From Rhizodiscina lignyota (taxonomy: Eukaryota), in assembly GCA_010015805.1 (NCBI GenBank), contig ML978136.1, positions 186,001 to 250,000 of the forward strand: a stretch of 64,000 bases of DNA. Direction: 5' to 3'. A program made the position numbers and the translations under genes. Positions within the stretch are counted from its first letter, which is position 1. Each line of letters begins with the position of its first letter. The notes under the pieces were generated by a model. The model was not told the DNA's origin. It ran no database searches and was given only the letters and a program-made list of their open reading frames with translations. This document shows, one piece after another, positions 11,247 through 24,654 of the stretch.

Positions 11247-12359
11247 TCAATAATTATCATCTTTGTGTGCGACTCTACTCGCTGTCGGGTCCAGGGCAAC
11301 GCGAGGATCTTTAAAGTCTACCCATCCCAGCATCGGCTTTACCGAGTCAGTATTGCTCTGCTGCCAGCACAATATGGCCGTAAAGGAACTCACCTCGCTC
11401 GTCGCATATCCCATGAGTTTCTGGATACGAAGCGGTAGCGTTTTCGCCACCTCTTGAGGCACGGAGATGTACTGATTTTCCTCCTGTCGGAGGTAGCCCC
11501 TTGTCATGAAGCAACTGAAGACCAGGCGCTCTTCATCTTTGGTGGTGTTCTTGCTTCCGCCGTGGTAGCAACTTGATAGCATGATGAAGCCATCACCAGG
11601 TTCGAGCTCTGCATAAACAGCGTCCCTCTCATCGGGCGGTTGCACTGTATCCTCAAGGTGACTCCCCGGGATGAATCTAGTCGCTCCATTCGCTCTCGAC
11701 GTCTTGGTGCCAGCGACAAAAAAGCCTATGCCAAACTCGCGCGAGTTTGGCGGCTCGGGGTACTTGTCGATTTGCGGACGATTTGCATAGTGGATGTCGT
11801 CGTCGCGGTGAAGCGGCTGGTCGAAGCTGTTGCCGGGGCGGACTGAGAAGACAATGGTGTTGTTGACCTGAGGAGGCGACACATTCACCTCATTGCGATT
11901 ACCGTACCAAGCGTAGCTCTTGCTCGTCAAGAACCTATCACAGACAGCTTGATACAATTCGTTACCGATCAAGTCGACTGCTGCTGTTCTCGACTTCCCG
12001 ATCAGTCCAAACGCTCGCCTGGTCGAAGGAGGAAAGAAATCGTTGCCCGCTTCCCATGGAAGGTCTGACTCGAGATACGGTCGCATATCTTTTTCCATCT
12101 GGGAGATTGATTCTTTCGATAGGATGCCCCGGACGATCACGCCTCCCACTCGCTTTAAGCCATCCACGACGTCTTCGACTTGGGCGTCAGCGGTGAACTC
12201 TGGTACTTTGAGGCTTTTCCGAGGCGGCCAATTACGCGAGTGAGCTTCTTGTAGACGTTCGTATGAAATGTGGACGTCATCATGTTTGACAGTTGGCGGA
12301 TCTAACTTGTGGTTCTTATGCGGAGCTTGCGATTGTTCCAAGGCAGTTGTTGTCGCCAT
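11247..12359 (-). CDS. Phytanoyl-CoA dioxygenase (PhyH) family Fe(II)/2-oxoglutarate dioxygenase; probable in-frame intron 11337-11393
   Basis: QPLHRDD (HxD), NGATRFIPGSH, L.PGD...MLSSCYHGG, LRQEENQY; the intron reads gtgagt...ctgac...aag. Confidence 0.92.
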   Translation of the reverse strand: MATTTALEQSQAPHKNHKLDPPTVKHDDVHISYERLQEAHSRNWPPRKSLKVPEFTADAQVEDVVDGLKRVGGVIVRGILSKESISQMEKDMRPYLESDLPWEAGNDFFPPSTRRAFGLIGKSRTAAVDLIGNELYQAVCDRFLTSKSYAWYGNRNEVNVSPPQVNNTIVFSVRPGNSFDQPLHRDDDIHYANRPQIDKYPEPPNSREFGIGFFVAGTKTSRANGATRFIPGSHLEDTVQPPDERDAVYAELEPGDGFIMLSSCYHGGSKNTTKDEERLVFSCFMTRGYLRQEENQYISVPQEVAKTLPLRIQKLMGYATSEVSSFTAILCWQQSNTDSVKPMLGWVDFKDPRVALDPTASRVAHKDDNY

Positions 12360-14420
12360 CTTGAAAAGCTATTTCTGAGCGAGAAAACAAAGACATGGAA
12401 GAAAAAGGAACAGACAGGTGTTGGTCATTATATTCTGTGCAGTTTAAGTCTGATACAGTTAATAGATCTTGGCTTTTGAATGGGCCTTTTATCATGTGGA
12501 TGTAAGGTTACCCGATATGGAATGAGAGATGCGGCAACTTCGTCCCGCTTTACGCATTTAGGTACTGTAGTCGGATCGAGAAGTATACTCTAGGATGGTT
12601 CAAACTTGTACATTGAGGCCGATCAAGCGCACTATGAAATGATGAAGCCAATTAAATAGATTGTAATGTGGGCGCATATGTTATAAGTATATTCCTAAAA
12701 CATTGACACTGCCCAGCCCCCATAGTCTATCATACATAGTCCTTGTATGTAAACCGTCACAATGCTGCACTACCTACTCCACGAACTCATACGAACGATT
12801 TTAATTAATTGCCCAACAATGATCCCCTCTCAGCGGGGTTCAAGAGGTTTGAAAGGGGGGAATGGCTATGCCATCTATGGCGAGCCTTTGCGCCGACAGC
12901 GGGATAAGCCATGTACAAGTAACGCAAACGCAGTACGTGCGAAGCAAAAGTTCGTATGTCACTTGTCGGCTCTCCACGGCGACATGGTAGGACGAAAGGT
13001 GGGTACGTTGTTTTGTCGGCTTCTGAGACAAAGTTTCGCTTCGAGGCGGTACATCGACGTCTTATGAAAGACTGGGAGGCTGGCTTGGACTTACTGCCAA
13101 ATTAGTCGAGGCTGGTGATTACATCTAACTTTACCAGAACGGCGAGATAATTTTTCACATCCACATAGAAAGATGGTGGTTGGAGGCCAGTTGGAGATTC
13201 GACGTCGTCAGTGAGACGATGCCATGATGGGAACTTCGGGAAAATGGTGTGTGAAAGCGAAAATGCGCTGGTAGAATAAGCGCTCCATCACGTGCCTTAA
13301 CAAATAACAAATCGCTCGAGGAACTGTCATTATTGGAGCGCAGAAGCGTGGCAGGGAATCTTCTGACACAGGTAAAACATTCATAGCCTCACAACTGCTC
13401 CTTATGCCAGCGGCGCAGCGGCGGAGAGGCTTCCGTGACGTCAAGGATAGTAACATAGCAAATTGAGGCATGAACATGAAGCGAACGAAAGACTTGAGAA
13501 AGGAGCAGATTGCGATTTTCAGAGCGATTGTGGAGCTGACAGGCCATTGGCTCCAGCTGGCTCGTACGCAACGGTACGCTGCGTAAGAATGCTGGAGAGA
13601 GCGTGTACCTGCGTCCGGGCCATTGAGCATTGGGGCTGTGCAAATACGTACTCAACTGTCCGAGCTCCGCAAAACAAAGAGGATGGAGGCGTGAGACAGC
13701 CGGCATCATCATTGTATTCTCGTCCTCCGGCAGCGGCAGAGTCAGATAGCAGCAGTGCGGACGGGAGGAATGCGTGAACAGCCAGGCAGGTTGGATGGGC
13801 AACTACTGCGTAGATGACGCGCAAGCAGCGCAGGTGTTGTGGGAGGCAGGATTTTGCAAGTGCAGCGGGTGCCGGCCAACCGCCAGGGAGACAGGCGCGC
13901 AATACGGGGCCCAGCGCCACGCCGCTGTGTGCTTAGCGTCCTTGCTCGCTCTTCGCAACCTGAACGTCGACGGCCAGCCTCTCTTCAGCAACCCCCTTCG
14001 CACCAGCTCACCACCCGCCGTGCCCAACAGCAACAGTCCCTCTTTCAAACGGCACTTCGTCTCTGCGACATTGCACGGATCGCCGTGCTGGTCTGCGTCC
14101 GGCGCGCGGAACGTTTCGCAACTCGCTCCGTGGCAGCAGGCATCGTCATTGCCCTCTCCTGCCCGGATTTCCCACTCTCGCTCCTCCACCCTTCCGCCGC
14201 TCTATCACCACAACAATCGCTTGCACGCCTCCACACCGACGACATCTACTTTCTACAGAGGCCGTGACCACTTACAGTCGCTGAATTCGACCGCACATCC
14301 GTTGCTGGTTTGTCGCAGCTAGCCGCATCATACTCGCCGTGAGTACACTCAGGGGACCACCTCCCGCGACCTCCGACACGCAACCCTTCGACCGCTTTAC
14401 GACTCTCATATTGCTCGACA

Positions 14421-16741
14421 ATGCATCACTCGCTCATAATGTCTCCTATAACATATTTGCTGGCTGCCCTAGTGGCTCTGGCGCCCTTCACAACCGCCGA
14501 GAAGCTCCTTGAGTCCACCTCGTTAAATCCGTGCATAGCAAACTCCAAATTCTCCGCAACCCTCTTCAACGTCTTGTTCACACCCAACAACGGGACGCTG
14601 GCCTTTACGATTAACGGCGTGTCTGCCATTTCCGGCAATGTCACGGCGCAAATCGACGTCATTGCGTACGGTCTGAACATTTACAGTACTGTGATCAAAC
14701 CTTGCGACAACAAGGACTTTGCCGGTCTTTGTCCCATGAACACCGGTCCCATCGACCTGAAGTCCAATACAGTTATCCCTCAATCGACTGTCGAGCAGAT
14801 TCCTGGTATGTAGCATGTGGGGGGAGAAATGTTCCAAGTACTGGAAGCTGACGCGTCACCTAGTTATTGCATTTTCAATTCCAGATCTTGACGGAAAGGT
14901 CCAAGTGTACATCAACGACACCGATACGGGCGCGGTATTGGCTTGCGTTGAAGCCGAGCTTTCCAATGGAAAGTCTGTCTACCAGAAGGCTGTTGGTTGG
15001 GTCACCGCAATCATTGCCGGCATCGGCCTCGTAACATCTGCAATCACTTCCGGGCTCGGACACACCAATACTGCCGCCCATGTCGCTGCCAACGCTCTTT
15101 CGCTCTTCGGCTACTTCCAGGCGCAGGCATTCATTGGCATGTGTGCTGTTCCACTTCCCCCTATTGTGGCATCATGGACCCAGAACTTCGCCTGGAGCAT
15201 GGGTATTATCCGTGTCGCCTTCCTCCAACAGATGGCTACCTGGTATCAGCGTTCGACCGGCGGAACTCCTTCATCCTTTTTATCTAGCTTGGCAACAACA
15301 TCCGTGGCAGTGCAGAAACGATCCTTGGACTACTTAGAGCAAGCGTATCAGACGCTTGTCAAGCGCTCGAACAACCAAAACACTAATGCGGAAACCCTTC
15401 AAGTCGTCACCATTCGCGGCATCGAGCGTGTTGGCTTCAGGGCTAATATCGAAATTACAAACATCTTCTTCACTGGTTATACGTTTTTCATCATCTTCGT
15501 CTTGTTCGTCGTCCTGGCAGTAGCCATCTTCAAGTTCGTCTGCGAGGGGCTTGTCAGGTCGGGCAAGATGAAGAGCGACAAGTTCCTGGACTTCCGTAAT
15601 GGTTGGAAGACCGTGCTGAAGGGCATTTTGTTCCGCATCGTCCTCATCGGTTTCCCCCAAATGGTCGTAATCTGCTTCTGGGAGCTTACCGTGCGCGATT
15701 CACCGGCCGAGGTCGTTCTGGCCATCGCTACGATTGTTGTCATGCTTAGCATCCTCGCCTGGGCTGCGCTAAAGGTGTGGCGTATTGCTCAGCGCAGCAT
15801 TGCTATGCACAAGAACCCGGCTTACATTCTCTACTCGGATCCCGTGGCTCTCAACAAATGGGGCTTCCTCTACGTTCAATTCAGGGCTACCGCATACTAT
15901 TTTGTTGTCCCTATTCTGTTGTACATCCTCGTCAAGGGTATGTTCATCGGACTAGCTCAGAAAAGTGGAGTCACTCAGGCCGTGTCTCTGGTTATTATTG
16001 AGGCCGCATCTCTCATTGCACTTAGCGTCATGAGACCGTACATGGACAAGAAGACGAATGGTTTCAACATTGCCATTGCGGCGGTAAACTTCCTTGGCGC
16101 TATCTTCTTGCTCGTCTTCTCGAATGTCTTTAATCAACCCGTAAGTCAAATCCTCTGCTCTACCTTCACAACATGAGTTTCTAACAGGATCATAGGGTAT
16201 CGTAACCGGTGTGATGGGCGTCATCTTTTTCATATTCAATGCCGTCTTCGCGCTCATTCTTCTGCTCATGGTCCTCATCGCCTCCGTCTATGCGCTTAGC
16301 TCCAAGAATCCTGACACGCGCTACCAACCTATGCGCGACGACCGTGGTTCCTTCATCAAGTCCCAAACGCAACTCAACGTTGGTGCCGAGCTCGATGCTC
16401 TTGGCGCAACAGCGCGTGGCGACAAAGGCTCACGAATACTGAACAACGGTTTCGGAAGTCAAAAGGCGCGCAGCACAATCGATGATGACGACAGCAGCTT
16501 CGAGAGTGAGGTTCCAAGTGGCATGCAAAGCGGCAACCTGCACCCTCCTAATGGCGGTGGCCATTACAGGGATAACAGCTACTCAAGCCAGTACGGCCAA
16601 AGTCCGACGCAGAGCAGCACATTCATGCCCGCCGCAGGATACAATGGTGCCCCAGCACCGGGAAGCAGGAACGGCGGAGGTGGTGGATACAGACCGCCAC
16701 AGAGCGCGAGTCCGTGGCAGAGAGGAGCGGGTTACGAATAA
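14421..16741 (+). CDS. Flavin carrier / TRP-like (FLC/Pkd2 family) membrane protein; exons 14421-14805, 14864-16140, 16196-16741
   Basis: Signal peptide, an ML-like TRP_N domain (CPM..G, IPDLDG.V, ACVEA.LSNGK), W.QNF.WSMGII, WYQRSTGGTP, KWGFLYVQF, PYMDK.TN and YQPMRDDR.SF. Confidence 0.93.
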
Positions 16742-17312
16742 AGGAAGCAGCTGGAGGAATTAATACATTGCCATCAAATGGCTCGGCGTACAAAGAAGGA
16801 AACAATCTTCGCCATACACAGGCGAAAGGATGGATGACATCCTGACTGACATGACACGGCTGCGCTTCCTGCTACTACTGTTTATACAGCATTGCTCATC
16901 ACATCATTGGCGGCGCTGAATCGTCTGCAGAGGCTGCCTTTTGGTGCCTCTTCATCTGGGTATAAGGGGTAAACGATGGGCTAGATGCTCGGCGATTGGG
17001 GATTGTCTTTTTCTGCTCGTACTTTTGTACACTAGGCGCTTGACAGGCAATGTTGAATCTGATTGAAGAAGAACAACAGGCTCTCCTGACATTATTCAGT
17101 TGGATGTCGTGACTCTTACCGTCGGATATTGAAGTATTCCCGACAACTCATTCCGCGCAGATGTCTAATCTGATGAGTTGATGTAGAGGCAGAGAGTAAA
17201 TACCGTAATTCGGAGTGGAGTAGCCCGTAAAATATTCTGTTCTCGTCGTCGTGCAGTCGCCACGAGAACTGAAGCCTTCAAGAAAATTTCCACGTTCCAG
17301 ATCGAGGTTTTG

Positions 17313-17735
17313 CCGAGGTCGCTTCCGACGACTCTCACGCAAACGTCACACTTCCTTGTTACCGCGCCGCGTCAGAGTGTTCGGCGCGAGACATTGTATT
17401 GTTCTAATTCAAAATGCTCTCCAGGAATGCACTTTCATATGGAGCCAAGCCCTCTCTATCTATGCTAGAGGCCTATAATTGGAGACAGCTCGTGGGGAAG
17501 CACCGCACGCGCCGTCTGGAATGCACATGTCGAAACTCCCATCCATCCGATCCCATCCATCCCCACAAAGCGGCTAAGCCCAGTCATCCTTGGTAAACCA
17601 CTGTTCAGCCCCATGCCTTCGCTGGCCAGAGGGCAGTCCCTCGGCTCAGCGGGAGTCGTCATGAGGCCGTCATCTGCTGCCGGACAGCAGATTGGCCAGA
17701 CGCTGGCCCTTCTGAGCATCCTGGCCTATCCGAGG
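17313..17735. promoter_or_regulatory. Three FarA/FarB-type CCTCGG/CCGAGG motifs (17313, 17639, 17730) plus several SYGGRG CreA-type motifs upstream of isocitrate lyase
   Basis: Exact motif matches; CCTCGG is the established fatty-acid induction element of Aspergillus acuD and other peroxisomal genes. Confidence 0.55.
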
Positions 17736-18031
17736 CAGGTTACTCAGAAAGCTTCACAGAGGCGATCGACTTCTCACTGCTGGCTCCGGCAAGACCCGAC
17801 TTATTTCCTGACTATTCGGTCCCGTTTGAGGAGTGATTGAAGTCTTTATAGTGTCGTGGGGCCCCTCTTGGATGCATGCGTAGAGCTGACGTTGTGTCGA
17901 GACTTTTTTTCTGACCTTTCGTCTCTTTACATGTGACTCAAACATTGGGCTCTCCACTCTACCTGTAATTGTATATACACAATCGATTCATTCTAGTCTC
18001 CGTTGCCTTCCAATCACTTGAAGCAGTCAAC

Positions 18032-19876
18032 ATGGCGAACATTGAGGCAGAAGACCAGCAATTCCAAGCTGAAGTCAAAGCTGTGAAGCAGTGGTGGTCC
18101 GACTCACGATGGCGCTACACGAAGAGACCGTTTACGGCTGAGCAGATTGTCTCGAAGAGAGGGAACCTCAAGATTCAGTATCCGAACAATGAGATGTCGA
18201 AGAAGTTGTGGGGGATATTAGAAGGTAGATTCAAGGTATGCTCGCCCGCAGAAGTGTACATACGACCAAGAGCAATACGCTAATGGCAAGCAGAGCAAGG
18301 AAGCTAGCTTTACATATGGATGTCTAGATCCAGTGATGGTCACGCAGATGGCAAAATACCTCGACACAGTGTATGTGTCCGGCTGGCAATGCTCCAGTAC
18401 AGCGTCCAGCACCGATGAGCCAGGCCCAGATCTCGCAGACTACGCATATGTTCGTATACACTCCTGTTCCGCAAAGCAACGCTAATACCTGCTCAGACCA
18501 CCGTCCCGAACAAAGTCCAACACCTCTGGTTTGCCCAACTCTTCCACGACCGCAAGCAGAGGGAAGAGCGCCTCAGCACACCCAAGTCTGAGCGCAAGAA
18601 CGTATCCAACACCGACTACCTCCGTCCCATCATTGCCGACGCTGATACTGGACATGGTGGTCTCACGGCCATCATGAAGCTCACAAAGTTGTTCGTTGAG
18701 AAGGGTGCTGCGGGTATACATATCGAGGATCAGGCACCGGGAACGAAGAAGTGTGGACACATGGCAGGGAAAGTGCTGGTGCCGATTAACGAACATATCA
18801 ATCGATTGGTTGCTATCAGAGCACAGGCGGACATCATGGGTAAGCCCCGTCGCATGACATAGTGAATGCGACAATTACTGACCCAACTGTGCAGGTGTGG
18901 ACCTCCTTGCAGTCGCTCGAACAGATTCCGAAGCCGCAACCCTCATCACCTCGACCATTGACCCACGCGACCACGCCTTCATCGTCGGTGCCACCAACCC
19001 TGCCCTTCAGCCTCTTAACGACCTCATGATCGCGGCCGAACAAGCGGGCAAGAACGGCGATGAGCTACAAGCCATCGAGGATCAATGGACTGCGCAGGCA
19101 GGCCTCAAGCTCTTCCACGAGGCTGTCATCGATACCATCAACGCTGGTGTACACGTCAACAAACAGGAGCTCGTCTCCCAGTTCCTATCCGCGTCGAAGG
19201 GCAAGAGCAATGCTGAAGCGAGGGCGATTGCGAAGGGTATTACGGGCGTCGACATCCACTTCGACTGGGACTCGCCGAGGACTCGGGAAGGTTATTACAG
19301 ATACAAGGGCGGTTGCCAGTGCGCTGTCAACCGTGCGATTGCCTTCGCGCCGTATTGCGACCTCATCTGGATGGAGAGCAAACTACCTGATTATGCGCAG
19401 GCGCAGGAGTTTGCCGAGGGCGTGCATGCTGTTTGGCCAGAGCAGAAGTAAGTTGTCTCCTTGTGAATACTAAGAGTAGACGAGAGACAGAGAGCTGATA
19501 ACGTGGAAACAGACTCGCATACAACCTCTCCCCCTCTTTCAACTGGAAGGCCGCTATGCCACGCGACGAGCAGGAGACTTACATCCAGCGCCTCGCCAAA
19601 CTCGGCTACTGCTGGCAGTTCATCACGCTCGCGGGCCTGCATCAGACGGCGCTCATGGCAGACACGTTCTCCAAGGCCTATGGGCAGCAGGGCATGCGCG
19701 CATACGGAGAGCTGATCCAGGAGCCGGAGATGGAGAGGGGCGTCGACGTCGTGACGCACCAGAAGTGGAGCGGTGCGAACTATGTGGATAATATGCTGAA
19801 GATGGTGACTGGAGGCGTGAGTAGTACGAGTGCAATGGGGAAGGGGGTTACGGAGGACCAGTTTAAGGCAAAATGA
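18032..19876 (+). CDS. ICL1: Isocitrate lyase; exons 18032-18235, 18294-18449, 18497-18839, 18895-19447, 19513-19876
   Basis: [38 protein letters not shown] catalytic motif, [35 protein letters not shown]. Confidence 0.98.
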
Positions 19877-21133
19877 GAGAGCTGCATGGAGAAAGATGGG
19901 ATTGGACGATCTAGGGAGGTGAAGCTGGAGATTGGAAGATTGACTTGGATGCTCGACGCACGCTCGGAGAGATTTCGCTAGGAAATTCGTAATGGGTGAG
20001 AAATCCATTGGAAGATCGTCCGAACGGAATCGTGATGGAAACGGAAATGTTGAGAAGACAAGGAATATTCTGGATTCTACCATGTATGCGCGGAATACGT
20101 GTTTCAACATACGAAGTTGATGTATGCAAGTAAGCAGCGAGTCTTAGCATCAATGTCAGTAATTGGAGCATGTCGATGCAGATGATGGGCGGTAAGTCGC
20201 CCTTGGGTGTGCCAGAGGTGTGAACTTTGAGGTTCTTCGAGCAGTCCGGGGGTATCGTGCCGTCTGATATCCACCCTCGGCCTGCCGTGCAAGCGGACAT
20301 GGTTCTGGCCATGCAATCAGCTGCACGCCGTACTATCCGATCCCGAGAGGAAGACCTAGACGTTGGCTTTTCTTAGAGAATGCTATTTGCACTGTAGACG
20401 CCGTGTGAGAAGTCCTGGGGTGCATCGGGCCAGCGAGAGATCCACCCTCTTCGGGTCTGGAGTGAGAACCTTATCCCCGACCCTATTCTGACAGTGTTCA
20501 CAAAGCTGACTTCTCCAGACGTCACGTTGCCTGAGTGCCATCTCGCGATAGGTGATTTCGACTCGCTCGCCTGCGAGTAGGAGATTTTTCGCACATTTAT
20601 TTCCATCTCGAGGCCCAAGACGGCACAATTCCGTTCCCTCTCACGGCTCCCATCTCGCATCTTCGGTAGAGACGGCATGGCTTCGAGCCCTGCTAGCCCC
20701 ACACCAGGGCGAATAGACGCATTCAACCACCTATTTCCTCTGCCCATTCACGCCGAGGCACCCGGCGGCCGGGCGACTAGCGGTTTGTGGAATATGGCGG
20801 CCTTTAAAATGCGTAGCGATATGGCGTCTGCTCGATGCGCTGCATTGCGTGCTGTGTGCCTCTCACCGACAATCCCTTCCTGCCTCCGTTTCGCACTCTC
20901 CTAGGGGATCGCAAGAATCGGCACGTCTGCAGATTCGTAAACGGCGGGGAAGCATCTTCGAATGCGCCACTGAAAGGCGGGTTTTGTGCCGTTATCGCCG
21001 AGCAAAGTGTTGTATATTTTCATTTTTTCTGCTCTTCAACCGCAGCGCTCGCACAGCAACTTTCTGCGCGTCTACACCCTTCAGTGAAGTGATATTCGTC
21101 CGATAATCTGCTCTTCTGAATGAGGTAACGATA

Positions 21134-23189
21134 ATGGCCCGGCCATCATTGCAAACGGACAATATGGCCGACAAAGAAATGCTCTCACATTCCGTGGAAT
21201 CGGTAGAATCGCCATTGGACTCCCCTTCAGGACCGCTAGCGGGCGACAAGAAGCCGGGCTCGTCATCCACACGCTCGTCGTCTCTCACAGAAGATTCGGA
21301 CCACAGCGACTCCATACATGAATTCGATGCAGATCATGCAGATCCAGAGAAGCAGTTGTCACGCCATGCGTCAAGAGCTATGGGTGAGCCTTTGGGCAAG
21401 AGGCAGACGGCCGTGAGCATAGCGACGACGGCGATGACGACGGATCCAGCTTTTGAGGTTGATTGGGAAGAAGATGACCAGGGCAATCCTCAAAATTGGC
21501 CAGCATGGAGGAAGGCGTTGACTATCTTCTGCATATCATGGTCTACGATGACAGTGTAAGTACTTCATATGATAACCTCAAAAAGCCATTTCATTACACG
21601 AGACCACAAGATCCTACTTCCGCGGCCAGCTATGCCGGAATCTAAACTAATGCGAGTAATGCAGAGTCTGCTACTCAACGTCGTACACATCAGGCCTACC
21701 GGGTATGATGCTCGACTTCCACATCAGCTCCGAAACGGTCGCCGTTCTGGGCGTGACGACATATCTCATGGGCCTCGCCATCGGCTCAGTCATTCTTGCA
21801 CCACTAAGCGAAATGTATGGTCGACGACCCATCTACGTGGGCGCAATGGCAATCTTCGCAATCTTCATCATTCCTTGCGGCGTGGCAAAGAATCTCGAGA
21901 CCATTCTCATCTGCCGCTTCTTTGGCGCGTTTGCTGGTAGTGCCATGATTGGAAATGCTCCCGGCACTGTAAACGATATTATCAGCGAGGAATATCGTGC
22001 GCTGGCTTTCTCGATATGGTCCATCGGGCCAATGAACGGTCCCGTGATCGGCCCATTGGTCGGAGGGTTCGTCTACGAGTACCTTTCGTGGCGCTGGACG
22101 AATTGGGTCATCCTCTGCAGCGCCAGCGCTTCATTCTTCCTCATCTCCTCCGTCCCTGAGACTTACGCACCTGCTATTCTTCGCGGCCGCGCTGCTCAAC
22201 GTCGCAAGGAAACAGACGACCCCCGCTGGTTCAGCAGGTACGACGCGAAGAAGGAATTCTGGCCATTGCTTCGCGTCAACTTGAGTCGACCGCTGTGGAT
22301 GGCAGTTTTCGAACCGATATGCATTTTCTGGAACCTATACATTGCTGTCATCTATGGAATCCTGTATCTCTGTTTCGTCGCCTACCCCATCATATTCACC
22401 GATGATCGTGGCTGGTCACCTGGTATCACTGGCCTCTCGTACGTTGGAATCGGCACTGGAACACTGATGATGATTTGCTCGGAGCCTTTAATCAGGCGGT
22501 TTATCAACTCGCGAAAGCCCGACCCTGTAACCGGCAAACCGCCTCCAGAGGCCATGGTCGCAGTAGTTTGCATTGCAAGCATTCTTATTCCGGTCGGGGA
22601 GCTCGTTTTCGCTTGGACATGCACCCCGAACGTCCACTGGGTCGTGCCTATCCTCGCCGGTGTCCCCTTTGGTATCGGTAACGGCATAGTCTTCATCTAC
22701 GCCTCGAACTACCTCGTCTACAGCTACGGCATCTATGCCGCCTCCGCACTCGCCGGCAATGCCGTGCTGCGTTCGGCCATGGGTGCAACCCTTCCACTTG
22801 CCGGGCCGGCCATGTACGCAACGCTCGGCCCGCACTGGGCAGGCACGCTGCTCGCGATCCTCGAATTCGCTCTGATTCCAATTCCGTTCGTGTTTTACAG
22901 GTACGGCGGCAAGATCCGCATGAGGAGCGCACTGATTCGGAGCATGCAAGAGGATAAAGATCGCTTGGAGCAGAAGAGACGGGCTGCGGAGTTGAGGGCG
23001 GAGAGGCTGATGAAGAGCTGCTCACAGGAGGAGGCACAGCAAGCTATCAGGGATGAGAAGGAGCTGGAAAGGGAGGTCGAGGTGGAGAGGGAGTTGGAGG
23101 AAGATGCCGAGGCTCTGGCGGCGGGATTGGGACCACTTCCGAACCCATTGGTGAGAAATCCATCGAGGGAAGAGAGGAGACACAATTGA
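21134..23189 (+). CDS. MFS transporter, DHA1 (drug:H+ antiporter) family; intron 21556-21664
   Basis: D..NPQNW..WRK, APLSEMYGRRP, RFFGAFAGS, GP.IGP.VGG, WRW..W, PETY.P.IL, PPPE, Y..YAASALA. Confidence 0.95.
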
Positions 23190-23450
23190 CGCATCTTCTG
23201 TTTTGTCTTCACAGCTGCATGAGTGGAGTACATTTGGCGTGTTGAAAAGATCTGGAAAAGACGAGGGTTCTTCGATTTTCTTTGGGACATTGGGATAAAA
23301 ACAGCATGCATAGCGATGTTCTCATATTTACAACTAAGAATTTCTAGTGGTTGATGACGATAATTTGGACTACTTATACAAAAATGCGCTGAAGTACTGT
23401 ACAATTCGTCGAAACATAAATCATCGGGACACTCATGATCGTTTTCAGGG

Positions 23451-24654
23451 TCATTTGTGACCGTATGGCTTGCCAGAGGCCTGCGCCGCGACTTTGCTCA
23501 GAGTCGTTGCAGCGTTTTGCTGGCCTTGTCCTTTGCCATTGCCGCCGTAAGACCAGGTCTGATTGTTGCCAGCTGTCGCTGCCTGGCTATTTTGGACATT
23601 GTTGTTTCCTGAATTGCGGTTTCCGGATCCATTTTGCCCATTTCCTGAATTGCTATTCCCAGATCCCGTTTGCGCGTTGCCGTTATTGCCAGTGTTACCG
23701 GCTGTGCCGGCGCCCTGGTTTGAATTCGTGTTCCCAGTCGCCGCGTTACCGTTACCCCCGTTACTGCTGCCCCCATTACCGCCATTGCCACCGTCACAGT
23801 TAGAGCCAGTGACGGTGAAGCTGTACGACCAAACACCGAAACCACTTCCTGTCACGGAAAGGCCACCGATGGTGATGTTGTTGTCTTGAACGCAAGAGGG
23901 GGCATTGTACACAAGGTTGCTATATGTGCTCTGCGGGGCCAATCAAGTCAGCAATAGCACCGCAGAAATAGAGTCGTGTACACTTACGCCTTTAGAGACA
24001 CCAGTCTGCTGGATCACACCGCTGATTTGTCCCTGGGGGTTCTTTCCACAGCCGGGAAATGGAACAAATGGCCCATTCTGTGCGTCCGTGAAGCTGCCTT
24101 GTCGTGTACCCGTGCCGTCTTGGCCGTATAACAAAACACCTTTAAGTTGGCTGTTGTCGGAGGAGCTGATCTGAAGCTTGTTGACTTGGCCCGCAACGAT
24201 CGAATTTCCATTCGCAGGCTTCACTAAGACAGACTGCTGCTGGGTATTGAGATTATTCGGACTATCGTGCAAAGAGGCGAGGATATAAGCGGAGTTGCCG
24301 ATCTGGTTCTGGCCGTTCCCTTGCTGGGGTAGTAGAGGAGCCTGGACATCTTGACCCTCTGTCACTGGTGTCAGCATATCTCGTCATGGCATGAAAATAG
24401 AAGTTGGGCATCGTACTGTTCTGATTGAATGCAACAGTTGGAGTTTGCTCGCGTGTGAGCTGCAAGAGTTGTCTGGATGAAAGAGTTAACAAAGCACTGA
24501 ATTTCCGCGAAATGTGCACATACCCAAAGGTCTTGGGCATCCCATCAGCGACGGGATTGCAGATGTATGCAGGGACCAAGGTCCCATTAGTGAAAGCGAC
24601 CGCTGGTGCAGCTGCCAATATGGCTGCGGACAAAACAATCTTAAGTCCCATCAT
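23451..24654 (-). CDS. Secreted protein with a Reeler-like beta domain and a Gly/Asn/Gln-rich tail; exons 24524-24654, 24417-24472, 23988-24358, 23451-23930
   Basis: Signal peptide MMGLKIVLSAAILAAAPAVA; four exons are joined in frame by canonical introns. The core reads LKGVLLYGQD..GTRQGSF...GCG...GVIQ...LVYNAP...ITIGGLSVT..GFG. The domain name is an inference. Confidence 0.75.

Noticed and set aside
13208..14322. Several overlapping 100-180 aa ORFs upstream of the FLC gene
   Set aside because: GC-rich promoter/leader sequence with no recognisable motifs; mutually overlapping frames are typical of chance ORFs.
19391..20110. Long antisense ORFs over ICL1 (similar ones overlap the MFS, SDR, MARVEL and SAF genes)
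   Set aside because: Shadow ORFs produced by the codon bias of the sense-strand genes.
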